Below, one piece after another: positions 36,282-47,529 of a stretch of 64,000 nucleotides of DNA. Made by a program: the position numbers and the translations under genes. The notes beneath the pieces were generated by a model. The model made no database searches. It saw only the letters and a program-made list of their open reading frames with translations, and was not told the origin of the DNA. Origin of the DNA: a virus; IMG/VR virus record IMGVR_UViG_3300028392_000065, positions 2,845 to 66,844 of that record; one strand, written 5' to 3'. Every line of letters starts with the position of its first letter. The first letter of the stretch is position 1.

Positions 36282-39227
36282 CTACATCCCTGGGGGCTGA
36301 CGATACAGACGTCCCAAAAAATGTACACTATTCTTACGAGGAACTAATTGGCCCAAGGTATCGTCCCACTCTTGATCACAATAAAACATAGCATACGCTG
36401 TAATACGAGCCGGAGCGGGCTGCTTATATACCTTGTAATGCTGATTGTTTTCAGGCGTATCGTTAGCAATAACGCCAACAGATTGCGAAGTAAAGTCATA
36501 AGAAAAAGGAGTAGTGTCTTGGAATTGCCCAGTGGGTATAGAAGTTTCTGAAGAAACATTAGGCCAATAACCCGCTTTTTCGTAATAAGTACCCCAAGCC
36601 ACAATTGGCGTATTAGACGTATAAGTTGCAGAATCCGTAGCGTTAGAACCAGTAGGCAATTTAGTTTCCCAAGCTTGTTCAAAAAACGGATAAGCCTGAC
36701 CATACTTATATGAAAAGCCATCATTTCCAGAGTAAGTACCGTTAGACAAAATTTTATTGATGCTTACAGTAGCCGTACTTGTATCATTTTTAGCAATGTG
36801 GACATCTGAAGTTTTTACATAAAACGTTAAAGTATTAGCACCAGTTCTGTTTTTAACAGTGTAAATAACTCCAGTAGGTATTTTGTTTGTACCAGTTTTA
36901 ATGTAAAAAGTATCACCCTTATACATTTTGTGCGCGTCTTTAAAAGTTGCGGTAATAAGTCTTTTGGAAACCCCACCCACCAGTGCAGAAGGAGCGATAC
37001 TTAACTTCACTCCAGCAAAACCTTTACCAGCAGTTGAAGTAAGAGGTGCAGGAATATGCGGCATGTGAAAAGCAGAAATAGTATCTTCATACCAAATAGA
37101 TACGTGGAAAGGCACTTTATAAAGCGTTCCATCATCTTTATACGCCGCAAAATTAGAGTTAATAATAGTCCCTTTAGAACTTAATAAAATAGGAACTTTA
37201 ACCCAATTTTTGTTGGAAAAAGTAGTGCTAGCTGCACCAATTAGAGACGCATAAGGCGCAGCCGCAGAATTATGTGGACCGCTTTTAAGATTTACCCCGT
37301 TGTACACACTGCTAGGAGAATAACTAGAAGTTAAGTTAGTCCAAGGGAAAGCATCAACGTTCGACACTTTATCCCAAACACGTACCTTAGAAGCGATAGG
37401 GACATAGCCAGATGCTGGTTTGCCATCACCAGGAGCATAAGTCCATGGATACAATAAATCCTCAACCGCAGGCGCGTACTTACCTATCTGTAACTGACGG
37501 GCCACAATCAAAGAATCCCTACCCCGTTTACGAATTTCTTGAACAGTTAGTTGATCCCTAAACTTAGAATCAATAACCAAAGTAACGGTATTATCTTCCC
37601 CGCTGTAAGAGTGTTCAGTAATGTGAAATAGCGTTCCTTGACGATTACCAAACAAACCACGAACCAAAATACTCATACCGGCAGTAATCATCTGGCGTGC
37701 AAAACCAGCACCACTGTTTAACTGCGGGTCGGTATGCAAAGTAATGCTTCCAGTCATACCAGGATCAGAAAGCATGTCTAATTGTTTCTGGGCAACTAAC
37801 TTAGCACTGCTGGCACTCAAACCGTCATAAAATTGCAAAGACGCTTCTTTAGCCATATGCGATTTATTAAAATCTGGATTAGTAGGAGTAGCAGGATAGT
37901 TAACAGAATTAGCGGCAAAAGGCTCAAAAGTTGCAGCCGTACCATTAGCATTAAAAGTAATATTATTAAAAGCTTGGCCACTTAAAGTCTTACCGCTACC
38001 ATAAACCGTATTTACTTCCTGCGAATAATCTTTAGTAATAGAAACTTTTACACCCGGCCACAGCAAATCAACAATCAAAGTATCAGAAGCTGGAGTGTTC
38101 AATCTAGTTCGATGTTTAAAATACGGCACTCGCCCTTTATCAAGAAGCAAACTAAAACAGCCACGCTGAGTTTGCATAGACGACAATAAGTTTTGAATAT
38201 AGTTAGACAAAACAGGCTCAAAATTGCCAGTAGATCGTGTGAGCATCCCAGACCACACATCACCTTTTTTAATAAAACTAGGGTCAGGAGTGTACACATA
38301 AGAATACGTAGAGTTAGCACTTTGAGAAGAAGTTTTAACCGTAAAATCTGCAGGATCATAAATATGTTCAGGCATCGACTTATACCAATAAGGAACAGCA
38401 GTATCAAAAGCCCGACAAGGTGCCAACCTAGAAGAAGGATACTTCAAAAACTGACTAGCAATAGCATGTTCATAAGTCATAGGACGAGATAAATACTCTG
38501 GCTTAGCCAAAAAATTATCCATTTGTTTCATAGCACCATTACAAGTAATGGTTAAAGTATTTCCTGCTTCAGTTTCCTCATAATCAAAAGAAACAAAATA
38601 ACCTTCCCATTTATACAGCACATCACCAGTCGGAGCGCCACGTAAAGTCCAATGTGTAGTGTCAGTATTAGGTTGCCAATTGAAAAGCGACCAATGTGTA
38701 GTGTCAATTTGTGGAGTATTAAACGCAGTTGTCGCACTTCTATTTACAATGCAAACATAAACGTTACCATTTGTAGATAATACGTAATCACCAACGGAAT
38801 AAGTATCTAAACGGTTCCAACTAGTCCAAGTAGCAGGAAAAGGCCCAACACTTAACTTAGAAACGTAATAAGAGCCATTGTAAGAAACCGTAGTCCCCAC
38901 ATTGTAAGTATTGGTTTGAGACCACGCAGACACGTTGCTTGTCAAATACTGCGGGGACATCCAACAAATATCAACATTAGCTTCAGGTACAAGCCACTTC
39001 AAATCACCCATACCTGGAGTATCAAGCAAAGTAATGCTGTGAAAAGATAAAGTGGCAACACCTGGACCAAAAGGATCCGTAGTGGTCAAATTTTCAACAT
39101 TGGTAGCAGCATTGCGAAAAAATGTAACATCAGTCGGCACACTATCCTCAGAAGGTAGTGGGTCAACTAAAATCCTCCAATAACCAGATTCAGTTAAACT
39201 AGTTGTGTTAATGACAGGCGGTTTCAT
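36282..39227 (-). CDS. large minor tail (hub/Tal-like) protein with CBM5/12-like repeats
   Basis: 981 aa; W...TY.VG..V.YNG repeats. Confidence 0.7.
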   Translation of the reverse strand: MKPPVINTTSLTESGYWRILVDPLPSEDSVPTDVTFFRNAATNVENLTTTDPFGPGVATLSFHSITLLDTPGMGDLKWLVPEANVDICWMSPQYLTSNVSAWSQTNTYNVGTTVSYNGSYYVSKLSVGPFPATWTSWNRLDTYSVGDYVLSTNGNVYVCIVNRSATTAFNTPQIDTTHWSLFNWQPNTDTTHWTLRGAPTGDVLYKWEGYFVSFDYEETEAGNTLTITCNGAMKQMDNFLAKPEYLSRPMTYEHAIASQFLKYPSSRLAPCRAFDTAVPYWYKSMPEHIYDPADFTVKTSSQSANSTYSYVYTPDPSFIKKGDVWSGMLTRSTGNFEPVLSNYIQNLLSSMQTQRGCFSLLLDKGRVPYFKHRTRLNTPASDTLIVDLLWPGVKVSITKDYSQEVNTVYGSGKTLSGQAFNNITFNANGTAATFEPFAANSVNYPATPTNPDFNKSHMAKEASLQFYDGLSASSAKLVAQKQLDMLSDPGMTGSITLHTDPQLNSGAGFARQMITAGMSILVRGLFGNRQGTLFHITEHSYSGEDNTVTLVIDSKFRDQLTVQEIRKRGRDSLIVARQLQIGKYAPAVEDLLYPWTYAPGDGKPASGYVPIASKVRVWDKVSNVDAFPWTNLTSSYSPSSVYNGVNLKSGPHNSAAAPYASLIGAASTTFSNKNWVKVPILLSSKGTIINSNFAAYKDDGTLYKVPFHVSIWYEDTISAFHMPHIPAPLTSTAGKGFAGVKLSIAPSALVGGVSKRLITATFKDAHKMYKGDTFYIKTGTNKIPTGVIYTVKNRTGANTLTFYVKTSDVHIAKNDTSTATVSINKILSNGTYSGNDGFSYKYGQAYPFFEQAWETKLPTGSNATDSATYTSNTPIVAWGTYYEKAGYWPNVSSETSIPTGQFQDTTPFSYDFTSQSVGVIANDTPENNQHYKVYKQPAPARITAYAMFYCDQEWDDTLGQLVPRKNSVHFLGRLYRQPPGM

Positions 39228-40792
39228 TGAGTAAGTACCCCGTAAATTCGGTCAAGTTTAGCAATTTCGTTTTTAATAGCACCATCAGTTAAAACAGATA
39301 ACGGTTGATAGTAACCCAAAATATCATAAACATACATGTCACTAGAACAATCAACACTATAAGGATTAGAAGTTAAACTGTCATTACCGGCTAAATATGT
39401 GGGACTAATACCAACAAACAGATTTGCTGTCGAACCAACTAAATCCGTTCCAGTACGTGGAGAATAACTAGCAAACTTAGATAAATGCACGGTGCCATCA
39501 GCAACAATAAGACGGACTCTTTTGTTACCATAATCTAAACTAAAACCAACAACTAGTGGCTGCATCTTTCCAATAAAAAAGTTAGTTTTTAAACTAGCCA
39601 ATTTACTTTCGCCATAGTTTAAAGACACAATGCCATTTTGATACCACCTTACAGTCATCCTGTTATCGGAATCTTTATAAATAGTTGGGGTAGTGCTATT
39701 AGTCATGTAGCCAATAGAAAAAATCGTTGACCAATCTTTGTCGACATCAAAGCCAGTATCAACCCCATTTTGATAAAGAGTGTCTTGGCCGGCAGCATCA
39801 GGCATAACTACAGCCAAAGCTGTAAAAGTTGTATCAGAATTTAAATTCCACGGAGTATAAGTCGTATAAAGAAAATCGCCGTTAAACAGTGGGACAGTAG
39901 GAAAACCATATTCTGTATCATTTAAAACAATTTCGTTAGAAATAGTGGCCGCTGGATAACGGCCAGTAACCGTACTCAAACTACGAGCAGTTCCAGAATA
40001 AGAAGACCATGAACCACTTGAATAACCAGACTGAGCAACCCAGCGGTTACTTGAAGAAAACGTCGAACTAGGTAGAGTGTTAGAAGAATCGTTATAAGAC
40101 AAATAGTTAGAATCGCTGGTGTAACCCAAAACTTTTGTTGCCGCGTAACTAATAACCGATAATCCACTAGTTACATAAGCATCCCCGGTGTCTAAAGTTT
40201 GTTCAACACCTGACGCGTCATATGGAAAACCGTTAATAACCACATAACTACCAGTGCTAAAAAGCGCTTGTTTTAAAGGAACAATATTTGAATTGTAAAC
40301 AATAGGTGGTGTTACAGAAAGAGAAAGCGATGCCCTAGCAGTAGTAAAAGTGCTACCTAAACTTAAACTTTGCTCTAAATAATCCGAAGTTTGAAAAAAC
40401 TCCCATTCGGTAATTGCAAAAGAAGTAGAAATAGGATCACTAGGGTTATTAACAACCGAAACTACATTTAACTGAACAATGTTAAGTGTTTCGTTCAACC
40501 CGCCAACAGTAGCAGTAAAATAGTAACGCGACCTATTATCAACGCTACTCGCAATAGTGCTTAAACTTGCACCGCTAATTGCTGCAGCAGTAGGAACAAC
40601 TTTATATACAGACGCCGAAGGAAAATCGCGCGGAAATGGGCCAAAAGTTGAAATATTTAAATACAAAGTGCCAGAAATACCAGCAAAAGTTAAACTGCCC
40701 GTACTAGTAGCGTTTGTTAGGCTCGTAGCTTTAGTAGAAAGATTAGCAATAAGCCCTGACTCGTTGGCAGCAGACGCAGGAAGATAAGACAT
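39224..40792 (-). CDS. minor tail protein (possible LamG-like C-terminal domain)
   Basis: 522 aa, S/T-rich, in the tail-tip module. Confidence 0.65.
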   Translation of the reverse strand: MSYLPASAANESGLIANLSTKATSLTNATSTGSLTFAGISGTLYLNISTFGPFPRDFPSASVYKVVPTAAAISGASLSTIASSVDNRSRYYFTATVGGLNETLNIVQLNVVSVVNNPSDPISTSFAITEWEFFQTSDYLEQSLSLGSTFTTARASLSLSVTPPIVYNSNIVPLKQALFSTGSYVVINGFPYDASGVEQTLDTGDAYVTSGLSVISYAATKVLGYTSDSNYLSYNDSSNTLPSSTFSSSNRWVAQSGYSSGSWSSYSGTARSLSTVTGRYPAATISNEIVLNDTEYGFPTVPLFNGDFLYTTYTPWNLNSDTTFTALAVVMPDAAGQDTLYQNGVDTGFDVDKDWSTIFSIGYMTNSTTPTIYKDSDNRMTVRWYQNGIVSLNYGESKLASLKTNFFIGKMQPLVVGFSLDYGNKRVRLIVADGTVHLSKFASYSPRTGTDLVGSTANLFVGISPTYLAGNDSLTSNPYSVDCSSDMYVYDILGYYQPLSVLTDGAIKNEIAKLDRIYGVLTQ

Positions 40793-41184
40793 TACAACAA
40801 CCGCAAAACAAGAGACTCTTTAGGCAAAGTAACAGAAGAACCACTCTGTACAACCAAAGTTTGTACTAATTCCCCACAAGCAATAACATTGCCGCCAGTC
40901 AAAGCGTCACACAAAGCCCACCCAACAATGCGCCCCCAATCTGCACTAGCAGTGTTAAAAACTGCGGAATAAGCATTAGAAGCACTACTCTGGCCATATT
41001 TCCAATATGCCGACCCAGCACTAATCGCAATTCTTGAATAGCCCCCACCAGAAGGTTCTACCAAAGTTGCCGAAGTAGCATTCTGATCCGGTAAAGCAGT
41101 GACTAAACCCAAATAAAACGTTCCAGAACCATTAAAAACACTTTGTAACATTAAATTATTACCGTAGTTAGTAAATGCGCCCAT
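40792..41184 (-). CDS. minor tail protein
   Basis: EPSGGGYSR...F.TA.ADWG....A..DA.TGGN family motif. Confidence 0.75.
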   Translation of the reverse strand: MGAFTNYGNNLMLQSVFNGSGTFYLGLVTALPDQNATSATLVEPSGGGYSRIAISAGSAYWKYGQSSASNAYSAVFNTASADWGRIVGWALCDALTGGNVIACGELVQTLVVQSGSSVTLPKESLVLRLL

Positions 41185-41685
41185 TTATGCTCCTGTAGTA
41201 ACTGAAGAATCAGTAGACAAAATAACTGTAGGGTTACGAGTTACAGTCATGTTGACAGTAGCACGCCGGCTGTGCAAAAACTCTAACTGCGTGTTAATAG
41301 TAAAGTCGGCAGCAAAACACTGCCAAATTTGTTGTGCATTACCTAAAGTAACTTTAATCAAAAACTGGTTAGCTCGAATAGCGTCAACCAAAGTTTGAAT
41401 ACGATTACGAACAGTAATGTTATCCGTACCCAAAACATAAATATTTAATGCCTCTGTCACATTTTCGCGCAAAGCATTTACCACATACTTACCTTCAACA
41501 AATGGGTTAGTAACCTCGTCTTTACGAAAAGTAGTAGCAGAATTTTCAAAAGAACCTTTAGCGATTTTGTAAGAAGAACCGTCATTAACATTTAACCATG
41601 CGCCAGTATAAGCAGAAACACCGCCACTGTTATAAATGTTGTCAGTAGAAATACTAACCTTTACACTTAAACCTGCATCAGCCAT
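41185..41685 (-). CDS. distal tail protein-like
   Basis: immediately after the tape measure gene. Confidence 0.55.
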   Translation of the reverse strand: MADAGLSVKVSISTDNIYNSGGVSAYTGAWLNVNDGSSYKIAKGSFENSATTFRKDEVTNPFVEGKYVVNALRENVTEALNIYVLGTDNITVRNRIQTLVDAIRANQFLIKVTLGNAQQIWQCFAADFTINTQLEFLHSRRATVNMTVTRNPTVILSTDSSVTTGA

Positions 41686-44600
41686 TAGTTACCCACCGGT
41701 TGCATCAAACGTTGAAGTTTTTGCTTAGCGTTAACCTTACGTAAAAATTCCTCAGGATCATTAGACTGAACTGTAATAGGCCCATTGATTTGCGTTGAAT
41801 GGTCATACTGTTGACTCGTCACATTACTCACGTGACTAGTGTAAGAAGCCATGCGAGAAGTAATAGCTTCACCACTGCTCACATAACCGCCACTAGCAAA
41901 CTTATTATTGTTCAAAGCATCAAGGAACTGAACACCATAATTCTTGACAGCATCAGCCTTAACCACATACTCGCCGTTAGAAAGCATTGCGGGAATAGAG
42001 TCAGACTTACCCGTACCAGGCCCAGTAATAAAACCGCCTTCGGCTTTGTACTTTACCGTACCATCTGGATTTGTTTTAGGGTTAACTTCGCTAGGAGCAA
42101 CAGAAAAGTGGGCTGCCCCGCCACGCCCACCTTTAATCTTTGTTGACCAATGCCCCTGATGATAAGTATAAGTTGCTCCCTTATAAACACCAGTGTCGCC
42201 TTCTTCAGGGGAACGAACCGTAATTGTTCCACCATGATTAGGGGCAGTATATTGCCCGGCTACGCGAATGTTGATATCAGGAATATTGCCCAACTCATCG
42301 TTAATACCTTGGATTAAAGAATTCATAGTGTCAGTAGCAGCTTTACCCGCAACAGTAGGCATGCCATTCAAAGCAGCTTGCAAACGCCCAGAAGCACTAT
42401 CCCCAGCAACCTGAACATTATCGCCAAAATTTAAAATATCATTATATGCGCGAGATTGCTGAGTAGCCAACTGCTGCCTCATATCAGCAATTTGAGTTTC
42501 ATGAATAGTTTTAGCACGCGCAACAGCTTTCTTATAATCTTTCTCAGAATAATCCATTTGCTGTTTAAGATTTTCACGATCACGCTCAGCCTGAGTGTTG
42601 AACGGACTCTTTTGATACTCTTTAGACAAATTCATACGAGTTTGAACTTCTTTATTTGTATCGGCAACCAAACCCTTATTTTGCGACATATCCTGCAACA
42701 AACGCGCAACTTCTTGAGCATTATTAGGGTTCATCAAATCCAAAGTGCGAATAGCGTCATCAGAAAGACCCATCTTCTTCAGTTTTTTAATATTAGCCAT
42801 TTGCTGACCCAAAGAAATGTTTTGCTGCTTCAAATTACCCACAGTACTATAAGCATCCGTAGTTCGAGCGGCCGCAATACGTTCAAAAGGATTACTAAAA
42901 GACTTAGCAAAATCTTGCGTCTGACGCTTAACATTCAAATAAAACGCTTTATATTGGCGTTGACGATTTTCAAGATAATCAGCCTCTTGATACGCAGATT
43001 GACGCTGATAATCACGGCTAGCATGAGAAAGACTAACTTGAAAATCTTCATTTTGTTCAGCAACCTGATGATTCAAATTAGCAATTTGCTTAGCCAAACT
43101 ATTAGCCCTGGCTAAACCGCTCGCAGTGATGTCAACTTCAGCTTGACGCGCATCCTTAGCACCTTGTTCAGTAGGAGCAGCGCTTTTAATAGCATGAACA
43201 CCGACACCAACATCGGAAATAATGTTTTGAATACCTCCGGTGCCAGATTGCTGTAAAGAACGCGTCTGCATAGTCTGACTAAAAGCAGTAGTCAAACCAG
43301 CAAATTCAGAAGATGAAGCAGCAAGATCCTTGTTACCTAATTGCTCACTTAAACGCTGCAGTGCCAAAGTAGCGTCACCGCCAGCTTTCGCTAAATACTG
43401 GTTTGACAAAGAAGCCCCATAAGCAGCTTGAGCCGCTAAATCGTTTTGTTTAACGTAAGCATCAATTGCTTTTTTAGTGTCCGAACTAGCGCTGTTATAC
43501 AAAACAGGCGAAGCAGCAATTTGTTGAACAGTTTTCTTTTTACTTGAAGCATAATCTTCCGCAGCAAAAAGCGAACTAGTACTAGATAAATCTTCTCCTC
43601 CAGCTTTACTAGCAGAAATACGCAGAGACTCTGCTTCAGCAGGAGTAGTTTCAGAAGACTTTAAAGACAAGCGAGTTCTAGCTAAATCTTTCCAATTGTG
43701 TTCAGTCAGATATTTGCCAGTAGCGTTTAAATTCTTTTTGTTAAAAAAGCCATTTTTTATAAGCTCATCCCAAGTTTCTGGAAGAGATCCATAACCTTTC
43801 GACATCAATCCTTCAACGTCTCCAACGTTAACAACAGTAGTTCCAGTTTTTGCCAAAGTTTCATTAAGCAACTTAGTCAAAATAATGCCTACTTTTTCGT
43901 TGGCTGTCTTACCACCAAAACCAAGCACACCGCCAGTATTAACATCCCCGTGGTCTGCAACTCTACGCGCACCAGCAATCAAATCAAGAGTTGTCTTTGT
44001 GTTAATTAGTAAAGGATTTTTATATACAGATCCTGCCGTATCCTCAGTTGTCTGTATCTCACCACGAATTAACTGAACAGCATTATTAAACCTATCGCTA
44101 GATCCAGTTCTAGGCATAGCGTTTGCTGCAGCACGGAACAAACCAGCAAACTCTTTAACAGCATCAGGCTTTTTTAAATAAGTAGTAATTTCGTTTTCAA
44201 CATCTTTTTGAAACAGCGAGTCACGCGTATGTATGACATCCTGCATCATCCTACTTAATTGCGCTGGGTTGTTGCCAGAAGCATGATAAAGAGCAGTTAT
44301 TTGAGCCGCAACATCTTTAGCACTAGTTTGCGGGCCAAAATCTTGACCAGCCGCATAAGAAGAAGATTGCGCGTTAGCAATAGCATCATTGGCTGCACGA
44401 TCATTACCATCAAAATGTATCGCATGCTGCCAATCTCTTTGCTCGTTAGCGTAACTCGTAGCCTTAGCATTAACGTCCGTAGTTGATGAAGCCGTAACGG
44501 TTTGGTAACCCAAAGTGTTAGTTTTTGCTGCGTAAGCATTGTAAACAGAGTTAGCATCAGCCATACCAGTACCATTGAGACTTTTATTAAATTCATTCCT

Positions 44601-46676
44601 TTGCTGCTGCATTTTAGAAAAAATAGCCATGCCAGCCATAACAGCAAACATAGGTAGCATTTGCCCAAGCATTGTTTGATTACCCTCAGCAGTACGTAAA
44701 ATGCCCATAGGGCCAGAAGCTCCACCTGCACCACGAGTGTTTACAAACTGCCCAACAGCACCAATTTTCTTAGCAGTATCTTTCAAATTAACGGCAGCAT
44801 CCTGCGCAGCATAACCTAAAGCTTTAAGGTTCTTAGCAAAACCTGCAGTGCCGGCATCAGAAACAAACCCAGTCATTGCAGCGATACGCTTCTGCATGTT
44901 AGTCATGTCGGCCGGCAAATTACCCAAAGGCATAGGAGCATGCACATTTGCGTTATAAGCGTTTAACTGGCCACGAGCATTTTCGCCAACAATTGCACGC
45001 TGCTGCTCCATAGGTAAAATACCACCACCAGCCTTCAAAGAAGCCATGTTATTTTTGTAAGCTTGGCTCTCATCAATCCTTAACAAAGGCTTTGAAATAG
45101 AATCACGAGTCCAATTAGACTCAAGATTAGCTACGCCACGTATGGCAGCGCCTGCAACACCAAAAGGATTACGCACAACTTCTTTGGCAACACCCACAGG
45201 AGTAGGAATACTTTGATACTGCTTATATAACTTTTCAGCTTGATTGATCATAGACATTTCTTTAGTCTGCGCACCAAGCCTATACAGTAGGCTAGATGGT
45301 GGCGGACCAGTCATGCCTGCCGCCAAACGACCTTCGGTAGTGGCAATACCTTGAGCCGCTTCAGAACGACCCAACCTAAACATAGACATCTTAGAAGAAT
45401 CTTTAAGCCAACTTAAAGCCAAACTACCCATAGAAAGCAAAGCAAGAGTTTTTAAAACACCAGCAATAGCAGAAAGAACGGGCAATACAGGACCAAAACC
45501 AGCAAAAACCCCAACAAGTTTTCCAATAGCGGAAGCGGCACCATTAGCTAAACCTAAAACACCACCCAAAAAGCCCAAAAAAGGTTTGCCTGCAGTAGCA
45601 GCAGTTTGAGAAACTTTTTCGTTCAACGTTTGTATTTTGTCATTTACACCATTCAATGCATCAGACGCTGCAACGTTAGTAGACCCATTATTAAAAGCAG
45701 CAGTAGCAGCACCAACTACTTGACGCAAATCACCCTGCTTGGCAATAGCCTGAATAGACTTCAAAGCATTAACAGACCCAATACCCAAATTATCAAGCGT
45801 CTGAGCCGCAGCAGGGCCCTGCTTATTAATAGCATCAGTAAAACGGTAAATAACTTCAGTAGGATCATTCTTAAAAAGTTCAGCCAAAGAATCCGTAGTC
45901 ATATTCATGGCCTTGGCATATTCTTTAATTTCAGGAGAACCTGTAGTTACAGACTTTTGCAAATCCAGCAAAACCTTGTTAAAAGCATTAGCAGATCTAA
46001 AACCATCCTCGCCCATGCGAGAAAACGCTGTAGACATGCCAAAAACGGCACCTTCGCTTACACCAGCAATAGACGCAATAGGCGCAATAGCTTTTGAAAA
46101 AGCCAAAACTGAAGATGCCGAAGCACCAAACTTAGCCGAAACAGTAACTAAAGAGTCACTAAAACCCTTAACCATACTATTTGAATTACCAAAAGACTTA
46201 GTAAGGTTAAGCATGTCAGTAACCATGCCAGAACCCCACTCACCAGTGGCGGCTTGAAGTTTAATAAACTCACTGCCAAGTTTGCCTACCTCTTTAGTAG
46301 TCGTAACACCAGCCGTAGTCAAAGTTTTAGTGGTAGCGATTGCCTTGTCCATACCTACAGGAAAGTCTTTAGCAAACTTCATAGTAATGTCAGACAGACC
46401 TTTAAACTGTTTACCAGCGGCTACAGCCGTTGCAGACACAGTAGACAACTGCTGCTGATAAGCCGCAGCAGTAGCAACAGCAACCTTATTAGACCCAGCA
46501 ACACTTTGCAGACGTTGAGTAAGACTTAAAAAAGCACTATTAAGCCCATTTAATTTACCAACAGCACTGTCCGTGCTTTTAGCCATTTGCTGGACTTGAG
46601 CAATACCTTGAGAAAGAGCAGCGTTAAGAGGAGCAACATTAGCATTAAAATCAATTGAAACATCTTGATTAAGCAT
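41685..46676 (-). CDS. tape measure protein
   Basis: 1663 aa, helical and Ala-rich; TP901-type core; C-terminal GGFITGPGTGKSDSIPAMLSNGEYVV. Confidence 0.93.
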   Translation of the reverse strand: MLNQDVSIDFNANVAPLNAALSQGIAQVQQMAKSTDSAVGKLNGLNSAFLSLTQRLQSVAGSNKVAVATAAAYQQQLSTVSATAVAAGKQFKGLSDITMKFAKDFPVGMDKAIATTKTLTTAGVTTTKEVGKLGSEFIKLQAATGEWGSGMVTDMLNLTKSFGNSNSMVKGFSDSLVTVSAKFGASASSVLAFSKAIAPIASIAGVSEGAVFGMSTAFSRMGEDGFRSANAFNKVLLDLQKSVTTGSPEIKEYAKAMNMTTDSLAELFKNDPTEVIYRFTDAINKQGPAAAQTLDNLGIGSVNALKSIQAIAKQGDLRQVVGAATAAFNNGSTNVAASDALNGVNDKIQTLNEKVSQTAATAGKPFLGFLGGVLGLANGAASAIGKLVGVFAGFGPVLPVLSAIAGVLKTLALLSMGSLALSWLKDSSKMSMFRLGRSEAAQGIATTEGRLAAGMTGPPPSSLLYRLGAQTKEMSMINQAEKLYKQYQSIPTPVGVAKEVVRNPFGVAGAAIRGVANLESNWTRDSISKPLLRIDESQAYKNNMASLKAGGGILPMEQQRAIVGENARGQLNAYNANVHAPMPLGNLPADMTNMQKRIAAMTGFVSDAGTAGFAKNLKALGYAAQDAAVNLKDTAKKIGAVGQFVNTRGAGGASGPMGILRTAEGNQTMLGQMLPMFAVMAGMAIFSKMQQQRNEFNKSLNGTGMADANSVYNAYAAKTNTLGYQTVTASSTTDVNAKATSYANEQRDWQHAIHFDGNDRAANDAIANAQSSSYAAGQDFGPQTSAKDVAAQITALYHASGNNPAQLSRMMQDVIHTRDSLFQKDVENEITTYLKKPDAVKEFAGLFRAAANAMPRTGSSDRFNNAVQLIRGEIQTTEDTAGSVYKNPLLINTKTTLDLIAGARRVADHGDVNTGGVLGFGGKTANEKVGIILTKLLNETLAKTGTTVVNVGDVEGLMSKGYGSLPETWDELIKNGFFNKKNLNATGKYLTEHNWKDLARTRLSLKSSETTPAEAESLRISASKAGGEDLSSTSSLFAAEDYASSKKKTVQQIAASPVLYNSASSDTKKAIDAYVKQNDLAAQAAYGASLSNQYLAKAGGDATLALQRLSEQLGNKDLAASSSEFAGLTTAFSQTMQTRSLQQSGTGGIQNIISDVGVGVHAIKSAAPTEQGAKDARQAEVDITASGLARANSLAKQIANLNHQVAEQNEDFQVSLSHASRDYQRQSAYQEADYLENRQRQYKAFYLNVKRQTQDFAKSFSNPFERIAAARTTDAYSTVGNLKQQNISLGQQMANIKKLKKMGLSDDAIRTLDLMNPNNAQEVARLLQDMSQNKGLVADTNKEVQTRMNLSKEYQKSPFNTQAERDRENLKQQMDYSEKDYKKAVARAKTIHETQIADMRQQLATQQSRAYNDILNFGDNVQVAGDSASGRLQAALNGMPTVAGKAATDTMNSLIQGINDELGNIPDINIRVAGQYTAPNHGGTITVRSPEEGDTGVYKGATYTYHQGHWSTKIKGGRGGAAHFSVAPSEVNPKTNPDGTVKYKAEGGFITGPGTGKSDSIPAMLSNGEYVVKADAVKNYGVQFLDALNNNKFASGGYVSSGEAITSRMASYTSHVSNVTSQQYDHSTQINGPITVQSNDPEEFLRKVNAKQKLQRLMQPVGN

Positions 46677-46688
46677 CAGTCACTCCTT

Positions 46689-47042
46689 TCACATAGGTCT
46701 TTTAACCTCGGCGCCACGCATTTGCTCAGCTTGATAAGCCGGCATTAATACCATTGTAGAGCCTGGAAGCCTATCATTCTCGTCTGTAGCACGATCCTTT
46801 GTGTAACAGCCCCAACACTGCTTAACAACAGGCTCGTATGCATGACGGTCCTGTTCCCACTCCCAATCAGAAGTACCACACAATTGACAGCGAGAACCAT
46901 TTTCTAAAAGATAAGCCGCCAACTTGGCTCTATCCTCACCAGCCCACTCCAACAACGCTGAATGAGGCATGCCGTTTTCGGAACACCACTGCACCTCCAT
47001 AAAGAAGGTTGGGTCATACCTTAGACGGCTTCGGTGAAAGGG
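46689..47042 (-). CDS. tail assembly chaperone, -1 frameshifted extension (GT)
   Basis: The -1 frame is open from slippery C CCT TTC (47036-47042) into the 46689..47000 ORF. Confidence 0.8.
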   Translation of the reverse strand, partial: PFHRSRLRYDPTFFMEVQWCSENGMPHSALLEWAGEDRAKLAAYLLENGSRCQLCGTSDWEWEQDRHAYEPVVKQCWGCYTKDRATDENDRLPGSTMVLMPAYQAEQMRGAEVKRPM

Positions 47043-47407
47043 ACATCAAGCCCGCTAGAGTTCACCTCAACACAACCAAGAAACAGTTCAGTCAACTCGC
47101 CACGAGACCAGTCATTAGAAGTCCAAATTTGCGTAGCCTGATCAAGAGTCAAAGCGGGAGTGACAGCAGAAGCCGCAATCAAAGCAGGAGCAAAAGTATC
47201 AGAATTATAAGTAATACCTTCACGCTTTTGAGCCGGGGTAGGCGGATGAGCCGCCAACAAATCATCATAAGCCTTCGAGCCAATAGCCCTAAGAGTGACA
47301 ACAAAATCAGTCGTACCAGACTTACCAGTAGGTACATTAATAGTAATTTCCTTGGTGCGAGCAGGCTTCTGAAGCAAGTCTTCCAAAGTAGCAATCTTAC
47401 GTGCCAT
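47021..47407 (-). CDS. tail assembly chaperone (G)
   Basis: SD AAGGA then MARKIAT; between major tail and tape measure; ends at the slippery site. Confidence 0.82.
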   Translation of the reverse strand: MARKIATLEDLLQKPARTKEITINVPTGKSGTTDFVVTLRAIGSKAYDDLLAAHPPTPAQKREGITYNSDTFAPALIAASAVTPALTLDQATQIWTSNDWSRGELTELFLGCVEVNSSGLDVPFTEAV

Positions 47408-47469
47408 GATATATTTCCTTCGCTTGGTCTGTTTAAGCTTACGCTTATTACGAGGTGTAGGGCCTGACA

Positions 47470-47520
47470 TAAAAAAAGTATAGGGGGAACGCCGAGAGAG
47501 GAACGACGCGCCCCCTATAC
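47470..47520 (-). terminator. intrinsic terminator after the major tail gene
   Basis: GTATAGGGGG...CCCCCTATAC then T7 on the minus strand. Confidence 0.75.
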
Positions 47521-47529
47521 AAGATTAGA

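Noticed and set aside
47036-47042. Tail chaperone -1 frameshift as a novelty
   Set aside because: Real, but a standard feature of long-tailed phages; listed under features.
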